The notes beneath the pieces were generated by a model that was not told where the DNA came from, ran no database searches, and saw nothing but the letters and a program-made list of their open reading frames with translations. The translations under genes and the position numbers were made by a program. Shown one piece after another: positions 13,736 to 27,352 of a stretch of 64,000 nt of DNA (its first letter is position 1; each line of letters opens with the position of its first letter). The stretch covers positions 52,082,001 to 52,146,000 of the forward strand of contig NC_045707.1 of NCBI RefSeq assembly GCF_009834535.1, written 5' to 3'. Origin of the DNA: Camelus ferus (Eukaryota).

Positions 13736-14419
13736 GGGTATTGCTTTTGCTTTTTAATTCAATCTGACACTCTTCCTTTTAATTGGGACATTTAGTCCAT
13801 TTAAACTCAATGCCATTATTTACACAGGTATAATTATATTTACCATCTATTAGTTTTACATGTTTCTCATCTGTTCATTCTTCTCTTTTTCCTGATTAAT
13901 TGAGGATTTTTTACAATTCGATATTACTTTCCATATTGGCTTAACAGGCACATTTTTGTTGTATTATTTGTAGTTGTTGCTTTAGAATTTATAAAATATT
14001 TATCTTAACCCAGCCAATTTAGATTAAATTTATCACTTCAGTTACAGTACATGAACTTAAAGTATCCTTCTTTATCCACCTTGCCAGACTCTGCACTGTT
14101 GTTGTTATGTAATTTATTTCTCAAAATACTGTGTACTGTATAACACATACAACACTTTTCTGATTTGCTTTGAACCTTTAAAAGACAATGTTAGAATTAA
14201 ACAGATTTTTCTCTCTTTACTCACATATTTACTACTGATGGGATGGTACTCTTCATTTCTTTCTATAAATCCAGATTTCCATGTGGTGTCATTTTTATTC
14301 TCCCTGAATAATAAATAATTTATTAATCATTTATAAATGCAGGTCTGCTTGTGGTAAATTCTTTCAACTTTTGAATATTTGCAAAATCCTTCATTTCACA
14401 TTTTGGGGTGGATCGAGAG

Positions 14420-17245
14420 GATTTTTATAACAGTTTTACTGAAGTATAATTCACATATGATAAAATTTACCCTTTTAAAGTATACATTCAGTAGTTTTTA
14501 GGATATTAAGTTGTACAAGCATCACAAGTGATTTTAGAATATTTTCATTACTGCAAAGAGAAACTCCATACTCTAGAAGTCAGACCTGATACTCTTCTCA
14601 CCTCAGCTCAACAACCACTAATCTACTTTCTGTCTCATAGGCTTATTTATTAAGGATAAGGATGCAGAGCATAAATGATATCATATATGGTCTTTTGTGA
14701 TTGGCTTCTTTCAGTGGGCATACTGTTTTTTAGCTTCATCCATGTTACAGTATTCATCTATATGTCACTTCTTTTAGTTCCAAATAATATTCTATTGTAT
14801 GGATAGGCTCCATTTTGTTTATCCATTAACCTACTAATGAATATATGGATTGTGTCCTATTTTTGCTACTGTGAATAATACTGCTATGAATATTCATGTA
14901 CAAGTTTTTCTGTGGCCATATAGATTCTTTCTGTTTTTGTTTAATTGGGAATGTCTAATTTCCCCTCCATGTTAGAATTATAGTTTTGCTGAATTAAAAT
15001 CTCAGTTGAAAGTATTTTTCCTTCAGTACTTTGAATATCTCATCCTTCTGCCTGTATGGCTTTTGTTACGAGGTCAGCAGCTCATCTTACTGAAGATTCA
15101 TGTATATGATTGTTTTTCTGTTGCTATTTTTAAGACTCTATTTTTGACTTTGGCTTTCCACATTTGACTATGGTATGTCTAGATGTGACTTTCATGGAGT
15201 TTCTTAAGCTTCCTGGTTGTATAGGTAATATATATCATTGAATTTGCAAAGTATTCAGCCATTATATCTTTCCATTGGACTGAATGTTGTGTCCCCCTGA
15301 ATTCATGTGTGGAAACCTAATCCCCAATGTGATCATATTAGGAGGTGGGGGTGTTTGGAAGGTGATTAGATCATGAGGACAGAGCCCTCATGAATGGTAT
15401 TAGTGCCCTTATAAGAGGCCCCAGACAGCTCACTTGTCCTTTCTACCATTTGAGGATACAGTGAGAAGATGACTGTCTGTGAACTAGGAAAGATTCTCAG
15501 TAGACATGAAGTCTGTCAATGCCTTGGCCCTGGACTTTCCAGCCTCCAGAACTATGAGAAAATAGATACCTGTTGTTTATAAGACACTCAGTCTATGGTA
15601 TTTTGTTATAGCAGCCCAGACTAAGACAATCTCCAAATATTGTTTCTCCTTTCTCTCTTCTCCTTCAATTACTACCATTATGTCTATATTGGAATTCTGA
15701 TAGTGCCCCACAGGTCTCAGGCCCTGTTCATCTTCCTTTGTTTTTTTATTTCTGTTTAATCTTAATTGGCCTATCTTCAAGTTGGTTTTTTTTTTTTTTT
15801 TTTTTTGCCAGTTCATGCCTATACTTGAACTCCTCTACTGAACTTTTTAAAAAATTTCTATAATTTTCCTTTTTAATTCCAAAAATTTTACCTGGTTTAT
15901 TTTTATAATTTCTGTCTATTGATATTCTCTATTTGGTACAATATGTTTTCATATATTTCTTTAATTCTTTAGACATGGTTTCCTTTCATTCTTTGAATAT
16001 ATTTATAATGCTTGATTTACATCATTTAAAAAAATTAAATCCAACATATGTGCTTCTTCTTGGGCAGCTTCTATAGAGTGTTTTTTCTTTTTTTTCTCAC
16101 TGTGTATAGGTCATATTTTCCTCTTCCTATTTGTGTCCCATAATTTTTTATTGTTGAAAACTGAAAATTTAAAAAATAACCGTGTTTAACTCTGGAACTG
16201 AGATTCCGCCTACCTCCCTTCTTCCCCATCAATATTCTTGTTAGTTCTATTGTACTTTTTTCCTATGTGTTGCTGCTATGTGTTTGTTTAGTGACTTTTA
16301 TGGCCAATTTTTTTTTTAAGTCTATATTCTTTTGTTGCCTGTGACCACCAAAATCTCACCTTGAATTGCCCCACTGGTCAGGTAATAATTTTTCAGTGAT
16401 TTTATTAAATGACTTAAACCAAAGGGTCTCCCACTCTTTGTCAAGAGGCTCTGCTTGTTTGTTAGGTCATGCTCTCAACACTCTGGTGGTTTACAGCTCT
16501 GCCTCAGCCAATGCTTTCTCCTTGTACAGAAACTCAGGGTCAGGCAGAGGTGAGGGCATAGGCTCCTCAGGTCTTCTTTAGGTACAAACTGAGCCCTACC
16601 ACATGTATTTAGCCTTTAGATCCTCTGAAATATGTTGGAGTATTCAAAGCCATCAGTGAATGTCTCATTTTCCAGATCATAATCTTAAATTTGTAGCCAA
16701 GCTGTTACTTGCATCAGTTGGTATCACTGCCTCAGATAGCTGCTACTTTAAACAATCATCACAGGTAATTTTCAACATATGCCAAGATTTAGTGCTTCTA
16801 ACCCTAAATAAGCTCTGAGTCAAGTTAAATAAAGCCCTGTAAGTGGGACTTTCTAGGGAACTGTCAGACAGGTCCAATAGGGAAAATTCTCAGGTGATGA
16901 AATATTAGGGAGAGCTCTAAATTCCTTTTGGCCCCTTCATTAGCTGCTAGGTTCTCTGTATTTACAGTTACCACACTGTAAAGCTCCTGGTTTTCAAGAT
17001 TTCATAGAGCTGGAAAGAGAAGGATGAGGAGGGACTAAATTAAAACATCATAAAACTCACTGTTCCTACCAAAATTGATCTAATTTTGTCGAATAAGTGC
17101 TCCTCAGATTGTTGCAAGCCTGTTGTTAACTTTCAGAATTCTATAAAAGCTGATTTTAAAAAGTTTTAGCAATGTTCTTGTTGTTTTTATGAAGGAACAG
17201 ATTTTCAGAGGACCATACTTTGCCATTATGAAAGTACTTCTGTCT
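14420..17245 (-). mobile_element. L1MB-like 3'UTR (14420-14920) joined to L1 ORF1/5' sequence (14930-17245)
   Basis: L1MB 3' end text 'ttttactgaagtataattcacatatgataaaatttacccttttaaagtatacattcag', followed directly by antisense ORF1-type text ('cttcagtactttgaatatctcatcc', 'tctcttctccttc…ccacaggtctc'). Confidence 0.65.
15271..15628 (+). mobile_element. MLT1A MaLR solo LTR with 5-bp TSD
   Basis: 'ggactgaatgttgtgtccccc…gcagcccagactaagaca'; flanks atctt (15266-15270) and atctc (15629-15633). Confidence 0.92.
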
Positions 17246-18053
17246 ACATTTATTTATGAAAGATATTTTTGGCTAGATATAAAATTCTTGGTTTTTTTTT
17301 TTAATTGATGTTAATCCTTCAGTACTTTAAAACTCTGGCCCACTGTGTTTTGGCTTGCATTGTTTTTACCAAGAAGTCCACTGTCATTCTCATCTTTGCT
17401 CATTGATACATGTTTCTTTATTTAACTAGTAGCTTATGTTTTTTTCTAAATATCACCAATTTTAAGTCATTTGGTTATGATTTTGTTTAGTGTTCTTCAC
17501 ATTTCTTATACTTGGGTTCATTGGTCTTCTTGGATTAATCAGTTTATAGTTCATTTAGGGCCGGTTTAGTTATTTGCTCAAACATATTTTTCCTATGCCC
17601 CACTCTTTCAAGGCCTTTAACTACACGTTTATTAGGTGAAGCTGTCCCATAGCTTACTGATGCACTGTTCCTTTTCAGAGTTTACCTTTTCCTCTCTGTG
17701 TTTAACATCGAATAGTTTTTATTGGTTTGCATCAGGTTCACTAATCTTTTGTTCTTCAGTATTTAACTTACTGTTAATCATATCAAGAGTATCAGATAAT
17801 GTAATTTCAGCTCTAGAAATTTTACTTTGTTCTTTATATTTCTCTTGTCTATGTTTAGCTTTCTGATTCTTTGCTTTTATTTTTTGAGCAAATGGAATAT
17901 AGTAACAATAACTGGTATAATATGTTTGCCTAGTAATGATTTTGTCTTTGTCATTTTGAATCTATTTTTATAGACACTTGACACTTGCTTTTTTGAGTAC
18001 CTAGTAATTTTGTAGTGGATGACAGACATAAATTGTAACCTGTTTGTGCTGGA

Positions 18054-18055
<2 letters not shown>

Positions 18056-18086
<31 letters not shown>
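18056..18086 (+). repeat. (TG)15 microsatellite
   Basis: Perfect TG run read directly from the sequence. Confidence 0.97.
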
Positions 18087-18092
<6 letters not shown>

Positions 18093-18869
18093 ATTAATAT
18101 TCTTGAGCTTTGTTCTGAGCTTATTATTAAATTATTTAAAACTGCTTTTAAAATTTGTTATATGACACCAATAAAGCCTTTAGTCATGGCCTAAGTTTGT
18201 CCCCCTATTGATGCAAAATATTTCTTACTGCTCTACCTGCTGCCTCTTCAGTTACCCTTGTTTTTTTTCAGTCTTACTGCTAGGGATAGAAATTATTTAC
18301 AGCCCTGTGTGAACTCTTAGGTGTGTTCTAATTCTTTGAATTGGTTCTTTCTATAACCTAGTGCAGTTTCCTTAAATGAAGTCAGAAATTGATCAGAATT
18401 TAGTAGGGAGTCAAGGGAACCCTCTGCAGAGAACTCTCCATACAGATCTCTCATCTCCAGGACTCTTCCTAGGAAAATCCTTGCTGCCTCAACTCCCTGG
18501 ATCTCCTCATCTTTAGAGAAAATCCCAGGCTTGGCTTTATTTCCCTTTCCCTGGTAGACCATGGATGCATTCTCAATGTAGTAAGATATGGGCACTCATA
18601 GGGTTCACCTCTTTGATTTCCCCTTGTTCAGAGATCAGTGTTCTGTACAGTCTCAATATCTAAAAATCATTGTTTCAAAGATTTTATCTGTATTTTTTAT
18701 TTATCTCAAATAGGAAGATAAATCCAGTTGATCTTACACCATCTTGGCCAGAAACAAACATCTCTTCCTTACGGTTACTTTTTAACCTAGTTTTTTTATT
18801 CCTTTAAAAATACTTTGAATATCTATGATATGTATAATAGAAAACTACTGGGTACTATAGAAAATTATC

Positions 18870-19600
18870 ATTTTAATTAATTTATTCATTCAACAAATAT
18901 GCATCACTTTTCCAGATCTAGGCTTATTCTTAAATATTTACCAGAAAATTTCTATAAGATTCTTTCCCTTAATCAGTTTGCACACTAGTGATAAAATTTT
19001 GAATAATATGAAAGCAAATGTCTTCAGGTTGCTCCTACAAGGGGGAACAGAGTAGGTCTATGCTGTAAGGATGCTGTATTGTTTTCCTTCTATGGACTGA
19101 TACGATTTTGACAGGTGAAAATATGAAGAGTTTCTTTCAACAGACCAAAAAAAAAAAAAAAAGGGAACAGTATCAAAAAAATTAAGAAAGAAAAGAGTGT
19201 AAACTTGAATAGGAGGTGGAGTAGAAAAAATACCCTAATGTTACTGTTGTATAGAATACAGAAAAGAAAATATAAGAAGACAAATCTTCAGGAGAGAGTA
19301 AAATAATATGGAAAGACATGAATCTTTGGTCTTGGAACTACATTTGTGAACAGTAAAGACTATGGGAAGAGACAATCAGAATTAAACTCAGTTGCAAGCA
19401 CTTAGTCCTACTTGTACAGTATGAGATATGCCTGCAAGAGAAAGACCAGCTGAGAAATAATAAAATGAAGGTTTCTTAAGGATATCACACTGGTTGGTTG
19501 CAAGGGCGTTATTAATAGACTAGAGAAGTCAGGAATGAAGAAAATTTAAAGGGGAACAATCAAGAATTTAGTTCTAGTGAGCACAAGACATGGATATGGA
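18870..19600 (-). mobile_element. L2 LINE fragment, highly decayed
   Basis: 'tttattcattcaacaaatat' (antisense L2 3' end) followed by purine-rich L2-like body ('gggaacaatcaagaatttagtt'). Confidence 0.5.
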
Positions 19601-21739
19601 GATAATATGTAGCTACTAAGATTATCTGAGATTGTTAAAATAATTGTGTAAGAACTAAGTCTACCTGAACAATGATGCAAAGCTATTAAACAACTGGCTA
19701 AGACTGAGGTAGATTGTGGGGGGAAAATTACTAATGCTAATTTGCTTTCAAAGTTTGCCTGGACCACAGATTTTTTTCAGGTGTTGACCAACTAAGCCAA
19801 TCTGTTTCAGTCCTTGAGGAGAATTAGGTGCTTTAAATAAAATGGTTATTAAGTATTTTAAAATATGGTTCATTAGTATGGTTCTCTAATCAATGTATTT
19901 TGTTTTGTTAATTGCCAAAATTATTATTTCTTGCTGGATTCTATTTTCTCCAGTGACATGTTGCCTATAAGTTGAGCACAAGTTACATATTTTTGAGAAG
20001 TAAGCTTTGTGCAGGTGACCTAGAAGTGAGAAACTAGTGACCCTCTGCTAGTCTTCTAAACATCTATTCCCCTGCTGGGATGGTTTGTAATATCAAAAGA
20101 TTGATAGATGTGTATATACCTGTTTACTTTTCTCTCCCTGGGATTTTGTATGTCTAAAGGTTGTGACAAACATTTTGAAAGAAAACTCTATTCATTGAAC
20201 TTGATGGAGAAAAAAAAAAATGTCCTGTCAACTTATAAAGCCAATTCACACAAGCAGCATACAGCATACAGCAATAAGTGAGTTGCATATTCTCTGTAAA
20301 ATCTCATTTTAATAGGATTTTTACTTTTTTAGTATTCCAAAGATCAAAACTGAAATAATACATTTTCTGTTCATAAGATGGTAACTCTTATGTGAACTAG
20401 ATTTGTGAAATGTCCATACAAATAATCAAAATGTGCTCTTTCCAATTATTGCTCTTATTGCTGCAAGGTTTCTAATTCAATGGTTACTTGCATTTATAGA
20501 TGTTTACTTATATTTATGCTGCTTTTACTTTTAGCAAAAGTTTCAATAAGAAATATTCTAATTGATTATGGATTTTTCTAATTCCGAATCATTCTTCTGT
20601 AAAGGACAGATCTACTCACCAATCCCAAATATAAATGAAAATAAGCAATTTGTTTCAAGTATAGCAGGGGTTTTTAAGACTAGACCTAGAAACTGTAAAT
20701 CAGGCACCTAAGTCTCTCAAGTTGGTGTAACACACACTGATATTACACCCTAAATGATATCAGATCATTACTCTAGTTCTCTGTGAATAGTAGTTTCAGG
20801 TCTACATCACTACCATCTAAGGTATTCTGTGCATATCTTCACTCATGAAGAGAATAAAGACTGTGAGCTTAATAATACCACTATCCAGAATTTTGTAGAC
20901 ATTTTAAAAGTTTCTTATTAGAAACTGGATTAAAAGATCATGCTGAATAAAATATTTCATGGGTATTTTATACTTCTAGATTTGAGCAAGAATCTCTGTC
21001 AATAATAGATGTCATCATTTACTATTTTTATGTTTATTAATTCTCTAGCCTTGTTTCTGTCTAACCAGACTACGTCTATCTAGTCTAATTTCAACTACAG
21101 TGTTTTATATGAATTTAAGAAAAAAAAACAGATTATATGCATTTGGAAAAATTCTAAAATTTCATTCTTCTAGTAATTTCACAAAGCCATGGATTTGGTA
21201 ATGTGATTTGTGATTCTCCACTTTTTTATGTCTCAAAATTGCATAATATCTCAGGATTAGTGTTCTTTGAAACACACTTTGGTCAATAATTCTCCATCTA
21301 TGTTTAAAATAGAGTAAAATTTATTTCTTCTAAATCATGATGTTAGTTTATTGAACGTTCTTCCACCACTCAAAAATGTCAAGCTAATTTCTTATTAATA
21401 AAATGCAAAGCTGAGCTTCTTAGGAAAACATGATACAAGATGGGCAATTGAGCTTTATTACTGATTTTCCACTTTTTTTTAATCACCTCAAGAAAATGGT
21501 GCAAGATGACATAGAGTTTTCAATGATACCTGTTCAGAATTAGACTTAGAAAAAGGAATTGGTTGTGGCTACTGGGCTACATTGCATTAGTCTATTATAA
21601 ACACTTCATCTATTGATATTTTGTAAGTGTTACAAATTAATTATTATTATTACCATTATTATATGTAAATAAATCTTTCACAAATTGGATACTTTTTAAA
21701 GTGGTAGAACAGAAATAATTTTAGACTCCCTTCTTTTAC

Positions 21740-22965
21740 TTTTTTTTGGGTGTATATATATTTTTAATTGAAGTATAGTCAGTTTACAATGCTGTGTCAA
21801 TTTATGGTTTACAGAATAATGCTTCAGTCATACAGGACATACATATATTTGTTTTCTTTTTTTTTTCACTGTAAGTTACTATAAGATATTGAATATAATT
21901 CCCTGTGCTATACAGTATGAACTTGTTGTTTATCTGTTTTATGTATATTAGTTAGCATCTTCAAATCTCAGACTCCCAATTTATCCCTTCCCACCCCGTT
22001 TCCCCCTGATAATCATAAGTTTGTTTTCCATGTCCTTGAGTCTGTCTCTGTTTTTTAAAAAGTTTGGCTTTTTTTTTCTTTAGATTCCACATATAAGTAA
22101 TATCATATGGTATTTTTCTTTCTCTTTCTGTCTTACTTCACTTAGAATGACAATCTCCAGGTCCATCCGTGTTGCTGGAAATGGTGTTATTTAATCTTTT
22201 TTATGGCTGAGTAGTATTCCATTGTATAAATACACCACAACTTCTTTTTCCAGTCATCTATTGATGGATGTTTATGTTGTTTCCATCTCTTGGCTATTGT
22301 AAATAGTGCTACTATGAGCATTGGGGTGCATGTATCTTTTTGAATTAAAGTTCCCTCTGGATATATGCCCAGGAGTGGGATTGCTGGATCATATGGTAAG
22401 TCTGTTTTTAGTGTTTTGAGGAATCTCCATACTGTTTTCCATAATGGCTGCACCAAACTACATTGCCACCAACAGTGGTTCCCCTTTTCCCACACCCTCT
22501 CCAGTATTTATTGTAAACAACTATATGGTAATAAATTAAACAACTGAGAAGAAATGGACAAGTTTCTAGAAACATACAGTGCACAAAAACTGAATCAAGA
22601 GAAATAGATCATTTGAACAGACCAATCACTAGAAATGAAATAAATCAGCAATAAAAAAAAACTCCCTGTACACAAAAGTCCAGGACCAGATGGAATCACT
22701 GAGGAATTCTATCAAACATACAAAGATGAGCTCATACCAGTACTTCTTAAATTCTACCCAAAGATTAAAGAGGAGAGAACACTCCCAAATTCATTCTATG
22801 AAGCCATCATCACCCTGATACCAAAGCCAGACAAAGACACTACCAAAAAAGAAAACTATAGGTCAATATTGCTGATGAACATATATGCAAAAATCCTCAA
22901 TAAAATATTAGCAAACAGAATCCAACAACACATTAAAAAGATACACCATGATCAAGTTGGGTTTT
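21740..22965 (-). mobile_element. Relatively young lineage-specific L1 with an inverted 5' part
   Basis: T-rich tail, antisense 3'UTR and ORF2 C-terminus ([20 protein letters not shown]…[11 protein letters not shown]) to ~22512. Then a sense ORF2 segment (…EEMDKFLETY… to …[24 protein letters not shown]) to ~22965. Confidence 0.9.
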
Positions 22966-25078
22966 ACTTTATTTTTTTATTACTCCCTTTTTACTTTGAT
23001 TGCATCTTACCACAACAGCATTATTTTAGGTGTGCTATGGAAGATAGGATCCACTGATTACAGAATGGCCTATCATAAGACCCACTGGAAATATTTCTGT
23101 CAGAACTTAGCACCAGGAAATATTGCCTGACTTCTAACAGCCTGGTCTAGATTTTACATCCTGGGCAATGTAAATCTGTGGTCTAATTATGCTTCTCTCT
23201 GTTGTCCATTAGGAAGTTCAAAGCTTAATTTGCAGTCAATTTTTAGCAATTATAGAGGATGTTATGGCATATATTTAGTGTATGAAAATCAGCTTGATTT
23301 CTATTTGTTATTATTCTTGTGTATCCCTTTGTCTCTTCATGTGTCTTTTATGTTGTATCTCTCTATGTCTTTCACTTTATGTCTCAATTATGGGCAAAAG
23401 TAATAAAAGAAAGTTAAAAATAAACATTTAATAAGAATAAACATCTTTTTACAATTTCTTTCTTTTTTTTTAATTGATCCTTAGTTTTGTCTTTGTTAGA
23501 CTATGTATTTATAATTTCATAAGCTTGCTCTATATGCTTTGTTTGATCATAGGCTGTGTGATACCCATGGAATTTAGAACACAGAATTTTTAAATCTGTT
23601 GAAAATCATGCAAAATATATTATTGGCTCATTTCCTCTTTAAGTTGTTTCTAGTTACAATATTTTTATTCTTAGTTTAAATGTTGAAAAAGTTTTTTAAG
23701 TATATACTTTAAAAAGTCATATTTCAAGACTATGCTTTTTGACAGCTGTGAAATAACAATGTAATTGCATCATAACTGTGAAATATGACTTTTTCTTGCT
23801 TGTAGAAAGTGGATATTTTGCCAATTCTGACATGTATACAACGGCTTCAGGGCATCTCATATTTCCTGATTAATTAAGTTCTGCTATACACCTTGTCAGA
23901 TTCATTGCCACCTTATCCAAAAGTTGAGATAAGCAGGTTACATACATAAAATAAAAGTAGATAGCTTGAAAAATACAAGTGTGCTTTCTTTTGTAATTAT
24001 ATATTTGGAGACATTATATATAAAAAATGTGCATTAAGTAATTTTATAGTAAGCTATTTTGATATTTTATTTCTTTTTTCATTAATAGTTGTAATAGCAG
24101 AGATTTCATATAAATAGGTAGATTCATCCTCAAATATCAGTTTAAAAGCATTCAATTACCCCCAAGTGACTCTTAATTTAGATATATTACTGTTGAAGTT
24201 CAAATTGTTAACTTATATATCAATTATTGGAAAAACGATTACATAATTAATCCTTTTAGAGAAAAATGAACTTCAGTTACAAATCATGCAGTAATAAGTT
24301 TGGTTATTATCACAAAAGAAATGTAAATGCATTGATCATAAAATCTAATTCATTTGATAACCACTTTAGATTTAAAAAGAACATTAGCTACAGCAGGTTT
24401 TGTAGTTACATAAAAGCTTTTTAGAATTATAACATAAGATATAGTGATTTTTATGATCAGAATTTGTTTTAGAATTAAATTTTTTTTCTTAAAGAAAAAG
24501 CTTGATTTTTTTTCTGCTATGGCACATCTGCAATTTTGATTTACTCTTCGTCATCTTTAGAACATAAGGATAAGTCTTTGGTTCTTGACCTCAAAAACTA
24601 AGGAATAAGATAAACATATAACAGACATCTATAGATCATGAAGAACAGAAGAGAATTTACAGCCAATAGGTGAAATGATAGTTAACCCAAAGGTTTGAGA
24701 ATTTGTGTGATTTAACCAGGTTGAGGAAGATGGAAGCTAATGGGAACATTCTAGTCGTGGAGACTCGCGTAACTAAAGAAATGCAAATCTGAAATGTAAT
24801 AAGGCATTCAGATAACTGCAAGCTCTTAAGTATTACTACATGATAAAGTATGATATGTGAGATAGTAGAGGATGAGGTTAATTGGAGAAATGAATAGATC
24901 TGAGATCAGATATTCAGGGATTTGAAACACATCCTAAAGCCAAAAGTCCCTGAAACTTAAGAGTTCCTCCAAGTTACCAAAGGTCTTCAAACAAATAATG
25001 GTATTTTTTTTCCCTGATAACTTCTCACATAAATTCAAAATACCAAATTAACCTCTAAAAACGTACTTAAAATTTTAA

Positions 25079-25086
25079 TATATATA

Positions 25087-25119
<33 letters not shown>

Positions 25120-25122
25120 GTA
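25079..25122 (+). repeat. Compound (TA)n(TG)n(TA)n microsatellite
   Basis: Read directly from the sequence. Confidence 0.92.
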
Positions 25123-25359
25123 TCAAACTATCATAATAAGACATAAAACACTTAACTATTTCTTCCTGGTCACTGAATAATGAATATGGTCATTAAAAAA
25201 TGTATTCAAAATAGTACAACTTACATACTGATGCTATAATATAAAATCTACATTTTAAATAAATACTATAAATAAAATATAATAATAAACAAATTTATTA
25301 AGATGATTCAGAAAATAAAATAAAAAGGAGTTTCCTGCATTGAACCATTATTCATTGAG

Positions 25360-25899
25360 ACTGATAGTGAAGAAAGTTTTGATAGAAGGAAACAAGGAGT
25401 AGTAAAGCCATCCATGGATGGATTGCTGGAAGTGACGTGCGGGGGAGCTAGGTGATGAAGGAGAAGCTTCAGGCAAATATCAGACCCAGAAGAACTGACA
25501 TAGTTTCCCTATCATTCTGTTACTGCTATAGAGAAACCAAAACAGCAAGCTTCAAGCTGCTTCTCACCCAAAAGGGTGCACAGCAAGGGTACTTACCAGC
25601 GTCAGCCATTTCTGACCCATATATAATGCCTCCAAAGAAAAACCTCTGCTCTGTGTCTCCCTATCATCTGCCCGAGACTTTCTCACAGTCTGAGACTCTT
25701 TCTTCACGATATTCTTTCCTTTCCTTTCTCCTCCTCAATGATACCAGACCAGCATTGTGGTCTGCAGGTAATACCCACATGATCATACTCTCTCGTCCCT
25801 TTGCTTTCATAAGTGTGTCAATAAATCTGTTGCCATTTTAATTCTTCCCTGATGTCTGCTTCCTGGAGAATCTGAACTATCGTGGCAAGAGATTTCACA
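25360..25899 (+). mobile_element. Probable ERV solo LTR (family not recognised)
   Basis: Higher-GC island in AT-rich DNA with TATA-like 'catatataa' (~25618-25626), a pyrimidine-rich R/U5-like tract, AATAAA (~25820) and terminal '…tttcaCA' (25899). 5' end and TSD not resolved. Confidence 0.6.
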
Positions 25900-26974
25900 A
25901 AATATTTAAAAGAGGATTTTTTATTCTTGAGCTGACGCATTTAAGGATATTGTTTAGCATTGTATTTGTATGACCCATATATTCCTTTAGAGTACATATA
26001 TGGCACCTGTGGTTTGACTGTGTTCCTCTTAACATTGCCAGCATTTCCATCTTCTTCAAACGAGGACTATATACCCTCCTGAACAAATGTCGTTATTAAT
26101 TTCCTTCATGAGATTTCAAGAGCTCTCTAGAATCTTTTCCATCAACTTCTTGGAAGGTAATATACCTCTTCAGGAACAACAGTTTTCACTCTATCCTTAA
26201 CCACCTTACAAAACCTTTTAAATCAACCACAAATTGTAGAGTGAGTTTCTTATTATATCTCTTGGTATTGTAGAAAAAAAATTTTGCCATGCCTTGTTAG
26301 TAAATTATAAAGCTTTTTTGTGTTAAAATGTTTCCAAAAATTTTTAGTAAATCTTCTTGTTTGACATCTGCATCCTGGACCATGTTTTGCAGAGATAGTT
26401 GAGAATAAATATTTTGATGACTGTGATAACCTCATGGATAATAAACTTATGGTCCATGGGTTACAAATGCAATCATATTTGGATGGAAGAAAATCACATG
26501 GATGGTAGGGCTGCATTCTAATTCCTGGCTGAGTATAAGAGGTAAAAATATTTAGGGTTTTGTTTGCAAGATTTTTTATTAAGGGTCAGAAATAAGACTA
26601 TACATAATTGTCAAAGATTCTCCTTTGTCAAGTAGTCTCTGAGAATATCCAGGTAATTTGCAATTTTCCTTTCATCATTTTTTTGAGTAAATATATTTTT
26701 CCGAATACATGATAGACTAGTTAGGTTTACCATTATTAGCACAAGTACCTGGATAAGTAGATTCAGCTAGATGACTTCATAAGCATATACTTTCTTCTCC
26801 TGAAAGATAAGTCTCCCTGAGAATACTGCTTCCAAAACAATCTGGTCTCATCTACAACAAAATTGTATTTAACAATATTGCCACCCTTGATTATTCTTCA
26901 TAGTTAGAACAAAAAATAGTAATTTCTTCACAGAAAGTTAATATCATTTCCACTATTATTTTGATGATATGAGC

Positions 26975-27352
26975 TGTCTTAGTTTAATCAGGCTGCTATA
27001 ACACAGTATCATAGTCTGAGTGGCTTAAACGACAGACATTTATTTCTCATAGTTCTGGAAACTGTGAAGTCCAAGATCAAGATGCCAGCGGATTTGGTTT
27101 TTGGTGATGGCTTGCATTCTGACTTGCAGACCGCCTGAATCTTGCTGTATGTTCACATGACCCCCAGAGACAGAGCTCTGATCTCTTATCCTCTTCCTGT
27201 AAGGACAATAATCCCATCGTGAAGGTACCACTGTCATATCCTCATCTAAACCTGACTACCTCCCAAAGTCTCCACCTCCAAACACTGTCACATTGGGTCT
27301 TAAGGTTTCAATGTACGAAATTTGGGCAGAAACAAACAGTCCATCTGTAACA
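26975..27352 (-). mobile_element. MLT1A-type MaLR solo LTR with 5-bp TSD
   Basis: TG…CA termini ('tgtcttagtttaatcaggctgctataac…ctgtaaca'); flanks tgagc (26970-26974) and tgaac (27353-27357). Confidence 0.92.

Larger units (their letters stand above)
13190..18770 (-). mobile_element. Old L1 (L1ME-like) ORF1/5' region hosting several nested insertions
   Basis: Antisense L1M phrases at 13190-13340, 13740-14400 and 17245-18770. The host text '…atttcaca' (14400) resumes as 'tgaaagatatttttggctagatataaaattctt' (~17255). Confidence 0.7.

Noticed and set aside
22187..22495. 102-aa ORF with protein-like sequence
   Set aside because: It is the L1 ORF2 C-terminal fragment (CWW…[11 protein letters not shown]), not a host gene. 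ORFs 22869, 39586 and 39985 are likewise ORF2 pieces, and 36692, 41576, 42626 and 42855 are antisense L1 readings.
25452..25841. 129-aa ORF
   Set aside because: Lies wholly within an LTR-like element, has a GTG start and shows no gag/pol/env similarity that I can see.
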